Translations under genes and position numbers: made by a program
Notes under the pieces: generated by a model
Seen by the model: the letters and a program-made list of their open reading frames with translations, nothing else
Told to the model about the DNA's origin: nothing
Database searches by the model: none
From: Candidatus Woesearchaeota archaeon
GTDB taxonomy: Archaea; Nanobdellota; Nanobdellia; Woesearchaeales; GCA-2686295
DNA length: 64,000 bases
Reading direction: 5' to 3'
Assembly (NCBI GenBank): GCA_013202845.1
Contig: JABMPT010000005.1
Location: 71,308 to 135,307, forward strand
Shown here: piece by piece, positions 36,871 through 46,322 of the stretch
Numbering within the stretch: position 1 is the first letter of the stretch
How the letters are laid out: every line of letters begins with the position of its first letter

Positions 36871-37944
36871 ATGACAGAAAAAGTATCAGTTATTATACTA
36901 ACATGGAACCAGATGGATATTACTATTAGTTGCGTGAAAAGTGTTTTGAAGCAAGATTATAATAATTTTGAAATTTTAATAGTGGACAATGGTTCAACAG
37001 ATAATTCAATTGAGATTTTTGAAAAAGAGTTTGGAAAAAATAAGAAAATAAGTATTTACAATACTAAAAAGAATATTGGCTATGCAGGAGGAAACAACTT
37101 TGGTGTAAGACATGCAAAAGGAAAGTATTATGTCGTTCTGAACAATGACACTCTTGTTGAGAAGGATTGGCTAAAAGAATTGGTTAAAGCAGTAAAATCT
37201 GAAAAAAATATAGGCGCAGTCTCAGCCTTTGAATATAAATATGAAGGTGAAAAATGCATTAACAAAGGATTAGTCACAAATGCTACTGTTCTATATCATG
37301 AAGCTAATGGAAAGAATATAAAATATTACAAAGACTGGGATTATAAAGAAACATTCGGATTAAGAGGTGGCTCTTTTATTGTGAGAAAAGATATTGCTAA
37401 TCCTCCTTTTGATCCAGAGTACTTCATTTACGCTGAAGACTCATATTTAGGGTGGAAACTTAGATTGATGGGTTATAAAAATTTGCTTTCATTCAAAGCA
37501 ATAGTACATCATTACCATAACGCAGTAAGAAGAAAGAACAAACAGATGGATAAATATTTTTCATTTCTTGGAGAGAGAAATCATACAATGAATGTTTTTC
37601 TTTTTTATGAAAGAAAAAATCTAATAAAAATATTGCCAATTCTAATAATGAGCAAATTATTCATCAATATTTACAAACCTTCGAAAATATTGCCTCGTAT
37701 GAAAGCATACACTTGGTTAATACTTAATGCTAAAAAAGTATTGAAAAAAAGAAAACAAATCCAAAAAGTAAGAACCATTGGTGATGAAAAGGTTCTTTCT
37801 ATGCTAAGTGGAATATTCTATTCTGAAGATATAATAAGGAAACCGATTCTGAAAAAAGTAATCAGGTTTTTGAATTTTATTTGTTTGAAATACTGCCAAT
37901 TAGTAAGGTTAAAGACATCAGAATTCTCCAACACAAAGAGTTAA
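36871..37944 (+). CDS. GT2 glycosyltransferase.
   Basis: VSVIILTWNQMDITISCVKSVLKQDY...ILIVDNGSTD...LNND. Confidence 0.75.
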   Translation: MTEKVSVIILTWNQMDITISCVKSVLKQDYNNFEILIVDNGSTDNSIEIFEKEFGKNKKISIYNTKKNIGYAGGNNFGVRHAKGKYYVVLNNDTLVEKDWLKELVKAVKSEKNIGAVSAFEYKYEGEKCINKGLVTNATVLYHEANGKNIKYYKDWDYKETFGLRGGSFIVRKDIANPPFDPEYFIYAEDSYLGWKLRLMGYKNLLSFKAIVHHYHNAVRRKNKQMDKYFSFLGERNHTMNVFLFYERKNLIKILPILIMSKLFINIYKPSKILPRMKAYTWLILNAKKVLKKRKQIQKVRTIGDEKVLSMLSGIFYSEDIIRKPILKKVIRFLNFICLKYCQLVRLKTSEFSNTKS

Positions 37945-37959
37945 ACTATTTAGTTCAAT

Positions 37960-39495
37960 CTATCTTTTCAAGATTTTACGAATTAAATTAGAAAATTCTT
38001 TTATTGTAGCAATTCTTAGTAGAATTATTAATATAAGGTATACAATTATTGATATTGATGAAAAAACAATTAACTCCAACCAAGGATTGAGCTCTAGAAC
38101 TTTTCTTAGTAAAAATATTATCAAAACAAAAATCAAACCTGCAAATAGAGTCTTAAGCCACATTTTTATAGGGAATTTTAAAGTTATTATTTTTGACATT
38201 TTTATTGTTCCAAATAGGAATATAGTGAAATAACTAAAAGAAGTAGCTATAGCAGCACCAACAATTCCTAATATAGGTATTAAAACAAAATTTAAAACAA
38301 GATTTAAAATGCTAGCTATTAAGAACATCTTCGTAATATCTTTTGGTCTTCCAATACCTGCCAAAATAGAGTTGTTTATGACTGCAAGTGTATAAAAGAA
38401 AGCGCCAAAAAGAAGTATTTGTAATGCGATGGATCCTGCAACATATTCTTGTCCAAAAAAGAATCTTAAGAATAATTTTGAAAAAGAAAATAACACTAAC
38501 AAAAAAGGTAGGCTGAATATTAATGAATATTTGTGAATTAGATAATTATAATCTCTTAGTTCCTTTTTCTTTTTAAGAGTCCATAACTCACTACTTATTG
38601 GAAAGAGTACACTTCCTGAAGCATGACCAAATATAAAAAGAAGCGTTGCTGTAGGAAGAATAATATTATATACTCCTACTTCTTCAAGAGAACGGAAAAA
38701 AGTCAGCATTATTGTATCCATTCTAGCAATTATCAAACCACCAACAGAAGCTAATAGGATTGGAATTCCAAAAGAAAACAATTTCTTAGCAAGAGAAAAA
38801 GATTTTACAAATTTGTATTTGGAAAATTTGAAGTTTCTAAGTAAAATAGGCCACATTATCAAAGTAGTTATTAAAGCTCCTAGAAAAAAGCTTATTGCAG
38901 GAGATTTGTAATCAAATTTTGTTAACAAAAAAAAAACTATTAGAACTAATGGAACTGTATTCTTCATGAAATTTCTGAGAGAATACATAAAAAAATTCTG
39001 AAGTGCGTAAAGCATGAAAAAAATGGTATCTTGAAACACAGACACTATTAGCCATCCTAAAACAAACCAAAGAACTACCTTTGCTCTGGGATCTCCAAAA
39101 TAATGTAATGCAAGAAAATCATTTATAAAAAATATCACTATAGTAAACAAAGCTACAGAAAACAGTTGTATCATCAAAACATAAAAAAAAGAGGTTTTGA
39201 TTTTAGCAAACTCTTTCTTTACTTTATATTCTGAAACGAATTTTATTAGAGCTCCTCCAAGACCCAAATCTTTGAAAATAGAGAAAAACCCAACAAACGC
39301 AAACACTGAATAAAACAAACCAAAGTCTTTCACAGACAAGTTTCTAGCTAACAAGAACCTCAAAATATATCCTGAGATTGCTGCCATAATTGAAAATATA
39401 AAAATATAGCTAGCTCCTTTCACAATTCTTTTTCCAACATCACTCATGACTACCGATAATGGAACTCGACTTTTAAAAGTATCTATTAGAAACAA
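37960..39495 (-). CDS. MOP-superfamily oligosaccharide flippase (Wzx/polysaccharide biosynthesis protein).
   Basis: About 14 TM helices, 511 aa, typical PF01943-like organisation. Confidence 0.7.
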   Translation of the reverse strand: MFLIDTFKSRVPLSVVMSDVGKRIVKGASYIFIFSIMAAISGYILRFLLARNLSVKDFGLFYSVFAFVGFFSIFKDLGLGGALIKFVSEYKVKKEFAKIKTSFFYVLMIQLFSVALFTIVIFFINDFLALHYFGDPRAKVVLWFVLGWLIVSVFQDTIFFMLYALQNFFMYSLRNFMKNTVPLVLIVFFLLTKFDYKSPAISFFLGALITTLIMWPILLRNFKFSKYKFVKSFSLAKKLFSFGIPILLASVGGLIIARMDTIMLTFFRSLEEVGVYNIILPTATLLFIFGHASGSVLFPISSELWTLKKKKELRDYNYLIHKYSLIFSLPFLLVLFSFSKLFLRFFFGQEYVAGSIALQILLFGAFFYTLAVINNSILAGIGRPKDITKMFLIASILNLVLNFVLIPILGIVGAAIATSFSYFTIFLFGTIKMSKIITLKFPIKMWLKTLFAGLIFVLIIFLLRKVLELNPWLELIVFSSISIIVYLILIILLRIATIKEFSNLIRKILKR

Positions 39496-39504
39496 ATTAA
39501 TGAT

Positions 39505-40470
39505 TTAATAATCACTATTACTATCATGGTTCTTAACCATCGGAAGTATCTTAAACCATTCAATGGTTCTTTTCAAACCTTCTTCCAACTCAATCCCAGG
39601 TTTCCAACCTAACAATTCGCGTGCTTTTGAAATATCAGGTCTTCTTTTAGTTGGATCATCTACAGGTAATTCCTTAAATACAAGTTTTGACTTTGATCCT
39701 GTTAATTTCCTTATCATACTTGCAAGCTGCAATATTGTGAATTCCTTAGGGTTTCCAAGATTCTTTGGTCCAACATAGTTTGAATCCATCATCAGCATCA
39801 GACCTCGCACAAGATCATCAACAAAGCAGAAGCTTCTTGTCTGTTTGCCATCACCATATATTGTTAAAGGCTCATCCATCAAAGCTTGTCTTATAAAGTT
39901 TGAAATTACTCTTCCATCTCCTGGCCTAAGTCTAGGTCCATATGTGTTGAATATTCTTACTATTTTTATATCTGCGTTCATCTCTCTGTGATATGCCATA
40001 AGCAAAGCTTCACCGAATCTCTTGCTTTCATCATAACAACTTCTCACACCTACAGGATTAACATTGCCCCAGTAAGTCTCTTTTTGAGGGTGCTCTTTTG
40101 GTTCTCCATAGGCTTCGCTTGTCGAGCTGAATAAAATTGTGGCTTTCTTTTTCAGGGCTAGTTTAGCCATATTATATGTTCCTACAGAATTTGTAAGAGC
40201 TGTGGCAGTTGGAAATTTCTGATAGTCAATTGGACTTGCTCTAGAAGCTAAATGGTATATCTGATCTATTCGCCCTCTTATATTAAAAGATTTAATAACA
40301 TCATGTTTTATGAACTTGAAATTCTTCTTTTTAAGAAGATGATGAATATGATACATATGACCTGTTGCTAGATTGTCCACACATATTACCTTATTTCTTT
40401 GCTCTATAAGGACATCACATAGATGACTGCCTATAAATCCTGCTCCACCAGTAACTAAGATTCGTTTCAT
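39505..40470 (-). CDS. UDP-glucuronate decarboxylase (UDP-xylose synthase, UXS).
   Basis: MKRILVTGGAGFIGSHLCD...NLATG. A YDESKR catalytic motif. Length 321 aa. Sits immediately downstream of UDP-Glc dehydrogenase with a 4-nt overlap. Confidence 0.75.
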   Translation of the reverse strand: MKRILVTGGAGFIGSHLCDVLIEQRNKVICVDNLATGHMYHIHHLLKKKNFKFIKHDVIKSFNIRGRIDQIYHLASRASPIDYQKFPTATALTNSVGTYNMAKLALKKKATILFSSTSEAYGEPKEHPQKETYWGNVNPVGVRSCYDESKRFGEALLMAYHREMNADIKIVRIFNTYGPRLRPGDGRVISNFIRQALMDEPLTIYGDGKQTRSFCFVDDLVRGLMLMMDSNYVGPKNLGNPKEFTILQLASMIRKLTGSKSKLVFKELPVDDPTKRRPDISKARELLGWKPGIELEEGLKRTIEWFKILPMVKNHDSNSDY

Positions 40471-41765
40471 CTTCCTACTCCTACATATTTAAATCCATAT
40501 GCGCGAACTGTATCAGGATTATAAATGTTTCTACCGTCAACTATTATCTTTTTTCTCATTAATTTTTTCATTAATTCAAAATCAGGTTCTCTAAACTGAT
40601 CCCACTCAGTTACAATTATTAAAGCATCTGCCCCTTTAATTGCCTGATAAGCATCATCAATAAAATTAATGCCTTTTAAAAAGTGTTTGGCCTCTGGGAT
40701 TGCTTCTGGATCATAAGCATAAACTTCTGCATACTCATTTTTCAACTGTTCAATAATCATAATTGATGGAGCGTCCCTCATATCATTTGTTCTTGGTTTG
40801 AAAGAGAGTCCCCAAACTGCAATTCTCCTATTTTCTAAATTAGGTAAGAATTTTTTTAGTTTTGGAACTATGGACTTCTTCTGTCTTTCATTGACATAAT
40901 CAACAGCTCTCAATATATTTGAAGGATGACTATGTTGCTCCAGTGTTTGAGCTAAAGCTCTGACATCTTTTGGAAAACAAGAACCTCCATAACCTGCACC
41001 TGCCTGCAAGAATCTTGAGCCAATTCTTTTATCAAGACCTATTCCTCTTGCAACATCTTTTATGTTTGCTCCTGTTGATTCACATAAATAAGACAATTCA
41101 TTCATAAAACTTATTCTTGTAGCTAGCATCGCGTTAGCAGCGTATTTTATTATTTCAGAAGTTTTTGTATCTGTAACCATAAAAGGACTATTGACTCTAA
41201 CAACTGCTTTATACAGCTCATGCATTATCAATTTCGCTCTTTCAGAATTTGTTCCAATAATAACTCTATCAGGATTTTGAAAATCCTTGACAGCGGCTCC
41301 TTCTCTCAAAAATTCTGGATTTGATACAACATCAAAAGGAACTTCCTGTTTTTGATTGTCTCTTATTATTCTCTCTACTTTTTCAGCTGTTCCTACAGGA
41401 ACAGTGCTTTTAGTTACTACAACTTTATAGCTGTTCATGTAAGTTCCAATACTTTTTGCAACAGAGAAAACAAATTCTAGATTAGCTTCCCCTGTATGCT
41501 TTTGAGGAGTTCCTACACATATGAATATAACTTCAGATTTTTCAATAGCTTGCTTTGCATTGGTAGAAAAGACTAACCTTTTTTCTTTATTGTTCCTTAG
41601 AACTAATTCTTTTAAACCAGGTTCATAAAAAGGCATTTTACCTTTGTTCAATGCTTTTATTTTATCCTTATCAATATCGACACATATAACTTGGTTTCCT
41701 AAATCTGCAAAACAAGTTCCTGTTACAAGACCTACATATCCTGCTCCAAAAATAGCTATTCTCAT
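40467..41765 (-). CDS. UDP-glucose 6-dehydrogenase.
   Basis: MRIAIFGAGYVGLVTG...ICVDID. The GGSCFPKD catalytic Cys motif. Confidence 0.9.
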   Translation of the reverse strand: MRIAIFGAGYVGLVTGTCFADLGNQVICVDIDKDKIKALNKGKMPFYEPGLKELVLRNNKEKRLVFSTNAKQAIEKSEVIFICVGTPQKHTGEANLEFVFSVAKSIGTYMNSYKVVVTKSTVPVGTAEKVERIIRDNQKQEVPFDVVSNPEFLREGAAVKDFQNPDRVIIGTNSERAKLIMHELYKAVVRVNSPFMVTDTKTSEIIKYAANAMLATRISFMNELSYLCESTGANIKDVARGIGLDKRIGSRFLQAGAGYGGSCFPKDVRALAQTLEQHSHPSNILRAVDYVNERQKKSIVPKLKKFLPNLENRRIAVWGLSFKPRTNDMRDAPSIMIIEQLKNEYAEVYAYDPEAIPEAKHFLKGINFIDDAYQAIKGADALIIVTEWDQFREPDFELMKKLMRKKIIVDGRNIYNPDTVRAYGFKYVGVGR

Positions 41766-41847
41766 ATATTCACTGGCGAATAATGACTTATTTATATGTC
41801 TTCTCTAAAAATTTGAGAAAGCTTTATAAATAAAACATTGTTTTCTC

Positions 41848-41966
41848 CTCTTGGACGGTCATAGCGACGTGGTTCTACCCGATCCCGTTTCGATCTCGGA
41901 AGTCAAGCACGTCTACGTTCCAAGTGGTACTGCATTTTATGCGGGAAACTTGGATCGCTGTCCTCT
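41848..41966 (+). rRNA. 5S ribosomal RNA (stand-alone).
   Basis: CCCGATCCCGTTTCGATCTCGGAAGTCAAGC matches the conserved 5S loop-C/helix-III region (CCCGAAC..GGAAGTTAAGC). The GGACGG 5' end pairs with the GCTGTCC 3' end. A TTTATAAATAAA TATA-like box lies about 25 nt upstream, and a T-rich tract downstream. Confidence 0.8.
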
Positions 41967-42851
41967 TTAAATCTTTCTGATTTTCGCAACAAAGAAACCT
42001 TGCATTCCTGTTTTATGCGGCCAGAATCTCTTGCACTTCTTTATATCAGAATTCAATTTCTCTCCAAAAATATTTGTTAATCCAGAATCTCCTATAGAAA
42101 CATTTACTTCTTCAAGAGTTAAAGCGTCATATTTAGTCAACAACCAATTAATGTTCAATTCGTTTTCTTCAGGCTCTAAAGTACAAACGGAATAAACTAA
42201 AACACCGTTCTTCTTGAGAACTTTAACTCCCGCCCTCAACAGTTCTTTTTGTAATCTTGCTCTTTCCTGTATTCCCTCAAGAGTTCTTGTTTCAAACCAT
42301 TTTTCTTCATCAAAAAAATTTCCTGAACAAGGAGCATCCAATAATATCTTATCAAACTTCAAATCAAAGTCCTCTGCAAATCTTGCATCTTTCTTGTAAA
42401 TCAGAACGTTCTTCACTCCTAATCTCTCAACATTATTTCTTAATGATTCCAATCTTAAAACATTACTATCCAAAGCAATCACTGTTCCTTTGTTGTCCAT
42501 ATAAGAAGCCAGTTGGGTTGTTTTTCCGCCTGGTGCAGCAGACATGTCTAAAACCAAATCATTTGAAGAAGGATTCAGAACCATTGCAGGTATCTGACTG
42601 GCTGCTTCTTGAAGATAATAATATCCTTGCAGGTATTCGGGAGTGGCACCCAAAGAGAATTCTGCTTCATAGAAATATCCCTTGTCAAGAAAAGGAATCT
42701 TTGCTAACTTAACTTTTTTCTCTTTCAGTCTTGATACTAACTCTTTTTCAGAAATCTTTAAGGTATTGACTCTTATTGATCTCTTTAGTTTTATCTCTTT
42801 AGGATCAAATGTTTCTCCTAGTTGTTCATATCTTTTCAAAAAAACACTCAT
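41967..42851 (-). CDS. NOL1/NOP2/Sun-family RNA cytosine-C5 methyltransferase (aTrm4/RsmB-like).
   Basis: DMSAAPGGKT (motif I) and DAPCSG (motif IV, catalytic Cys). Confidence 0.85.
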   Translation of the reverse strand: MSVFLKRYEQLGETFDPKEIKLKRSIRVNTLKISEKELVSRLKEKKVKLAKIPFLDKGYFYEAEFSLGATPEYLQGYYYLQEAASQIPAMVLNPSSNDLVLDMSAAPGGKTTQLASYMDNKGTVIALDSNVLRLESLRNNVERLGVKNVLIYKKDARFAEDFDLKFDKILLDAPCSGNFFDEEKWFETRTLEGIQERARLQKELLRAGVKVLKKNGVLVYSVCTLEPEENELNINWLLTKYDALTLEEVNVSIGDSGLTNIFGEKLNSDIKKCKRFWPHKTGMQGFFVAKIRKI

Positions 42852-42923
42852 AGAAATATTAAAACAGCATCATTTTATAAATATTGGTAAAAGTTAAAAA
42901 GAGTTAATTATTATCTTTATCTT

Positions 42924-43904
42924 ATGTTCGACGTATTTGGAATTGGGAACCCTATGGTAGACGCACTCATAAAAGTTGACGAGCCCCATGTTATTGATCT
43001 TAATCTTAAAAAAGGGACTATGAAGCTTGTTGATGAGAAAACATCTGCTGACATTCTTGAGAAATTCGAAGATCATGAAGTGCTATTTGTGCCTGGAGGC
43101 GATGTTGTCAACACAGTAACAGGAGTAGTTAACCTTGGTGGAAGTGCTATTTTCTGCGGAAAAGTTGGAGTTGACAAACACGGATTACTAATCGAGGAAA
43201 CAATGACCAAAGACGGTGTTAAACCTGTACTAATCAAAGGTAAAGAAAAAACCGGTTCTGTTGTTTGCTTTATAACACCTGACCAAGAAAGAACTTTCAT
43301 AACCAATCTTGGCACTTCAATTACTTTGAATGAAGAAGAAGTTATTGTTGACGACATAAAGAATAGCAAAATCCTCTATGTAACTGGCTATATTCTTGAA
43401 GATAAAGGTCTTAGAAAAATGGCTATCAGAGCTTTAAATGAAGCAAAAAAACATGAAAAAACAATTGCTATCGATGTATCTGATCCTGCTCTTGTTGAAA
43501 GATGTAAGGAAGAGCTAAAAGACATCATCAAACAATACGCCAACATAGTATTTACTAACGAAGATGAAGCTTTTGCATTGACAGGAAAGAAAGAAAGGGG
43601 TGCTTTGGATGAGATAAGCAAGCTAGCAGATATAGCAATTGTGAAAACTGGAAAAAAAGGTTCTCTTATCAAGACAGAAGAGAAAATCTATGATATCCGT
43701 GGCTTCAAAGTTAACGCTGTTGATACAACAGGAGCCGGAGATATGTTTGCTGCAGGATTCTTGTTTGGAATTGCAAACAAATATTCTATTGAGAAAGCAG
43801 GATTAATAGCTAATTTTGCAGCTTCAAAAGTTGTTCAAGTTCTTGGTGCCAGATTACAAACATCTCTAAAGAATGAGATCAAAGAATTAGTTAAATCTCA
43901 ATAG
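42924..43904 (+). CDS. PfkB-family carbohydrate/nucleoside kinase.
   Basis: N-terminal GIGNPMVD and C-terminal DTTGAGDMFAAGFLFG anion-hole motif. Confidence 0.8.
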   Translation: MFDVFGIGNPMVDALIKVDEPHVIDLNLKKGTMKLVDEKTSADILEKFEDHEVLFVPGGDVVNTVTGVVNLGGSAIFCGKVGVDKHGLLIEETMTKDGVKPVLIKGKEKTGSVVCFITPDQERTFITNLGTSITLNEEEVIVDDIKNSKILYVTGYILEDKGLRKMAIRALNEAKKHEKTIAIDVSDPALVERCKEELKDIIKQYANIVFTNEDEAFALTGKKERGALDEISKLADIAIVKTGKKGSLIKTEEKIYDIRGFKVNAVDTTGAGDMFAAGFLFGIANKYSIEKAGLIANFAASKVVQVLGARLQTSLKNEIKELVKSQ

Positions 43905-45009
43905 TTATCTTTCCTTCCTTTTCACTTATCTGCTTGATAATCTTGTGTCCTTTTAATTTATCTTTTATTTCTTCCCAAGAATACTTCTTTCTTGCGGTGT
44001 TCAGATCATCTAATAATTTTTTTATCTGTTCATAATTTTCATAGATGAACTCTCCTTTTCTCTGATTTTCTTTTGCGCTTAGTTTTAACCCATCTATCGT
44101 TTGTTCTTGTTGGTCAATCACGAGTTGTACTCTCTCAACTTCTTCACTTTTCTTGTCTTCGCTTTCTTTCTTTTGACTTTCCATTATTTTTTTAGAGAAT
44201 TTAGAATCTATTGCTTCACTAAAAGATTGAAAATATTTTTTCTCCTCTTTTCCAAAGGTTTTTAATTCAAAAGGCAGAATTTCTTCTCCAACAGAATTAG
44301 CTTTTATTTTTTTAGAAAAAAGACCTTTTAGATATTTGTATAAAGTTTTGATTTCAGTTTCCTTTAATTCTTCTTTCTCTTTGTTTATCTTTGATAGAAG
44401 ACATAACTCTTCCGCATATAATCCTCCAAGACCAAAGTCAACAGCTAAAGTCTTGACAACTGAATCCTTATCAGATGTTTTTACAGCTTTAGAGAATTCT
44501 TTCTCATCTATCGAGAGAGTGTCTTTTTGTTGGGGTGGAAACTCATACTCTATTCCTCCTCTTACCGTCCTATCTCTCCACTTGTGACTTTCAAGAGCAC
44601 TTATAACTTTATAATCTTTATCACATAATACCAAGTTTCCATTGCTGAAAAGCTCAATTATCATGATAAAGAATTCTTCCTTTCCTTCAAAAGTTATTTC
44701 AACTATTCTTTCAAAATTCTTCTGAACTATCTTTTTTATAGTTGTACTTCCAAGTCTTTTTCTCAAAAACTTGCAGAATCCTGGTGGAGTTTCAGGAAAC
44801 TCTTCCTTGTGTTCTGTTAAATAAATTGCATTTGGACAAATTTTTAGAAACTTTTTTCCTTTTGCACGTACATGCATTGTTAACAGGAACTCTCTGTCTC
44901 TTTGATACACTTTATCTATCCTGCCCTCTATCAACTCCTGCAATTCTTTGACAAGATATATTAATTCCAAAGAAGTTATTTCTTCTTTCATAAAGCCCAT
45001 AAAGAACAA
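43891..45009 (-). CDS. NFACT-family RNA-binding protein (Rqc2/NEMF / FbpA-like archaeal homolog).
   Basis: Overall organisation and the conserved GGLYAEELC-like region. Assignment is from memory of NFACT-N/-R motifs, not alignment. Confidence 0.45.
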   Translation of the reverse strand: MFFMGFMKEEITSLELIYLVKELQELIEGRIDKVYQRDREFLLTMHVRAKGKKFLKICPNAIYLTEHKEEFPETPPGFCKFLRKRLGSTTIKKIVQKNFERIVEITFEGKEEFFIMIIELFSNGNLVLCDKDYKVISALESHKWRDRTVRGGIEYEFPPQQKDTLSIDEKEFSKAVKTSDKDSVVKTLAVDFGLGGLYAEELCLLSKINKEKEELKETEIKTLYKYLKGLFSKKIKANSVGEEILPFELKTFGKEEKKYFQSFSEAIDSKFSKKIMESQKKESEDKKSEEVERVQLVIDQQEQTIDGLKLSAKENQRKGEFIYENYEQIKKLLDDLNTARKKYSWEEIKDKLKGHKIIKQISEKEGKITIEI

Positions 45010-45034
45010 GTATTTTTTAAAGCTTTAGAATTAA

Positions 45035-45730
45035 TCAGAAATTCTTTTTCATAAAAGCTTCTACTTTTGGTATATCATCAAATTTACCTAAATCAACCCA
45101 GCTCTCTAATTCTTTAACTTTAACCTTATTTTTCTTGGATAAAACATCTATTGCGGATGTCAATTCGTACTCCCCTCTTGAAGATTTTTTAATCTTCTTG
45201 AGAATATCAAATACTTCAGGAGTAAATTTATAGAGAGCAGCATTAATCAGATTTGTTTTAGGATTTTCAGGTTTTTCTTCGATTTCCACTAAAAGATCTC
45301 CTTTTGTTACAAGAACCCCAAACTTTTCAGGAGTTTCATGTTTCAAAGCATATACATAACTATAATCGTCTTCAAAATTTATGTTATTTAAATCGTTAAA
45401 TGAGTAATAATTATCTCCCATGAGGACAACAAAACTCTTTTTTATATGTGCATCTAATAATTTAACAGCATGACCTGTTCCTAATCTTTTTAGTTGATGA
45501 ATAAATTTTATTTCAAAATTAAAACTATTTTTACTGAAGAATTCTTCTACTTTGTCCTTCTTATGTCCAACTACTATGTAGACTCTTTCATATCCTGCTT
45601 TTTCGAGATTTTTAAGAACATAATAAAGAAAAGGTTTTCCGTTTATTTCAACTAATGGCTTAGGAACATATTTTGTTAAAGGCAGCATACGAATCCCTTT
45701 TCCTGCTGCTAAAATTACTGCTTGCTTCAT
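45035..45730 (-). CDS. Sugar-1-phosphate nucleotidyltransferase (short-form NTP_transferase).
   Basis: AVILAAGKGIRMLPLTKYVPKPLVEINGKP and an EKP motif (EIEEKPENP). Confidence 0.8.
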   Translation of the reverse strand: MKQAVILAAGKGIRMLPLTKYVPKPLVEINGKPFLYYVLKNLEKAGYERVYIVVGHKKDKVEEFFSKNSFNFEIKFIHQLKRLGTGHAVKLLDAHIKKSFVVLMGDNYYSFNDLNNINFEDDYSYVYALKHETPEKFGVLVTKGDLLVEIEEKPENPKTNLINAALYKFTPEVFDILKKIKKSSRGEYELTSAIDVLSKKNKVKVKELESWVDLGKFDDIPKVEAFMKKNF

Positions 45731-45761
45731 ACTATAAGAAAAATTATTTGTTTATAAAAAG

Positions 45762-46316
45762 CTATCGACCACTCTCTTCTTGTTCAATTTTAACAGCGAG
45801 TGTAAAGAAATAATCACTTAGCCTATTAATGTACTTGTAAACTGATGATCTTATTCTGTCATCTCTCAAATATTCAGTAAGAGTTCGTTCTAATTTTCTT
45901 GTTCTGACTCTTGTTTCATTAACATCTATGGCCACTAGATGTGTAAAACGCTGAAAAGAGTCTAATTTAAGCTCGAAAGCATCAATTGATTTTTCCAAGT
46001 CCAAAACATCTGATTCATCGATTGGTTGTTTAACCAAGCCACCAACAGTGTGTTGGGATAACTCTCCACCTAGCTGCCACAACAATAATTGTATTCTAAA
46101 CAACATAGTCTTTTGTCCTTCTAACAAAGGACTGTACTTAGCATAAGCTATTATTTTGTCAATTATTGTTTGCAAAGAATCAACATCTCCATGAACTTCT
46201 ATAAGGCAGTGGTCTTTTGGAAGAACATCTCCTTTCAAAGTACCTGTAAAACCTTCATCACCTGCTAAAGTATATATTTTAGATAAGGTCTTTTTTGAGC
46301 TAGTTGTTTTTTTCAT
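45762..46316 (-). CDS. PduO-type ATP:cob(I)alamin adenosyltransferase (MMAB family).
   Basis: KIYTLAGDEGFTG matches the N-terminal signature IYTRTGDxGxT. Length 184 aa. Sits immediately downstream of the AdoCbl-dependent RNR. Confidence 0.7.
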   Translation of the reverse strand: MKKTTSSKKTLSKIYTLAGDEGFTGTLKGDVLPKDHCLIEVHGDVDSLQTIIDKIIAYAKYSPLLEGQKTMLFRIQLLLWQLGGELSQHTVGGLVKQPIDESDVLDLEKSIDAFELKLDSFQRFTHLVAIDVNETRVRTRKLERTLTEYLRDDRIRSSVYKYINRLSDYFFTLAVKIEQEESGR

Positions 46317-46322
46317 TTCTCC

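Noticed and set aside
41848-41966. Considered that this structured non-coding stretch might be a tRNA.
   Set aside because: It is about 119 nt long, lacks a cloverleaf, and contains the 5S-specific CCCGATCCCG...GGAAGTCAAGC core with terminal helix pairing (GGACGG/GCTGTCC).
42257-42712. A 151-aa plus-strand ORF, plus several other 60-150-aa ORFs antisense to large genes (for example 635..841, 9307..9615, 15747..16139, 17449..18149, 18189..18647, 26072..26677, 43073..43672).
   Set aside because: Each lies entirely inside a well-supported gene on the opposite strand, has no recognisable motif, and has low-complexity Ser/Leu/Phe-rich composition typical of antisense frames in AT-rich DNA.
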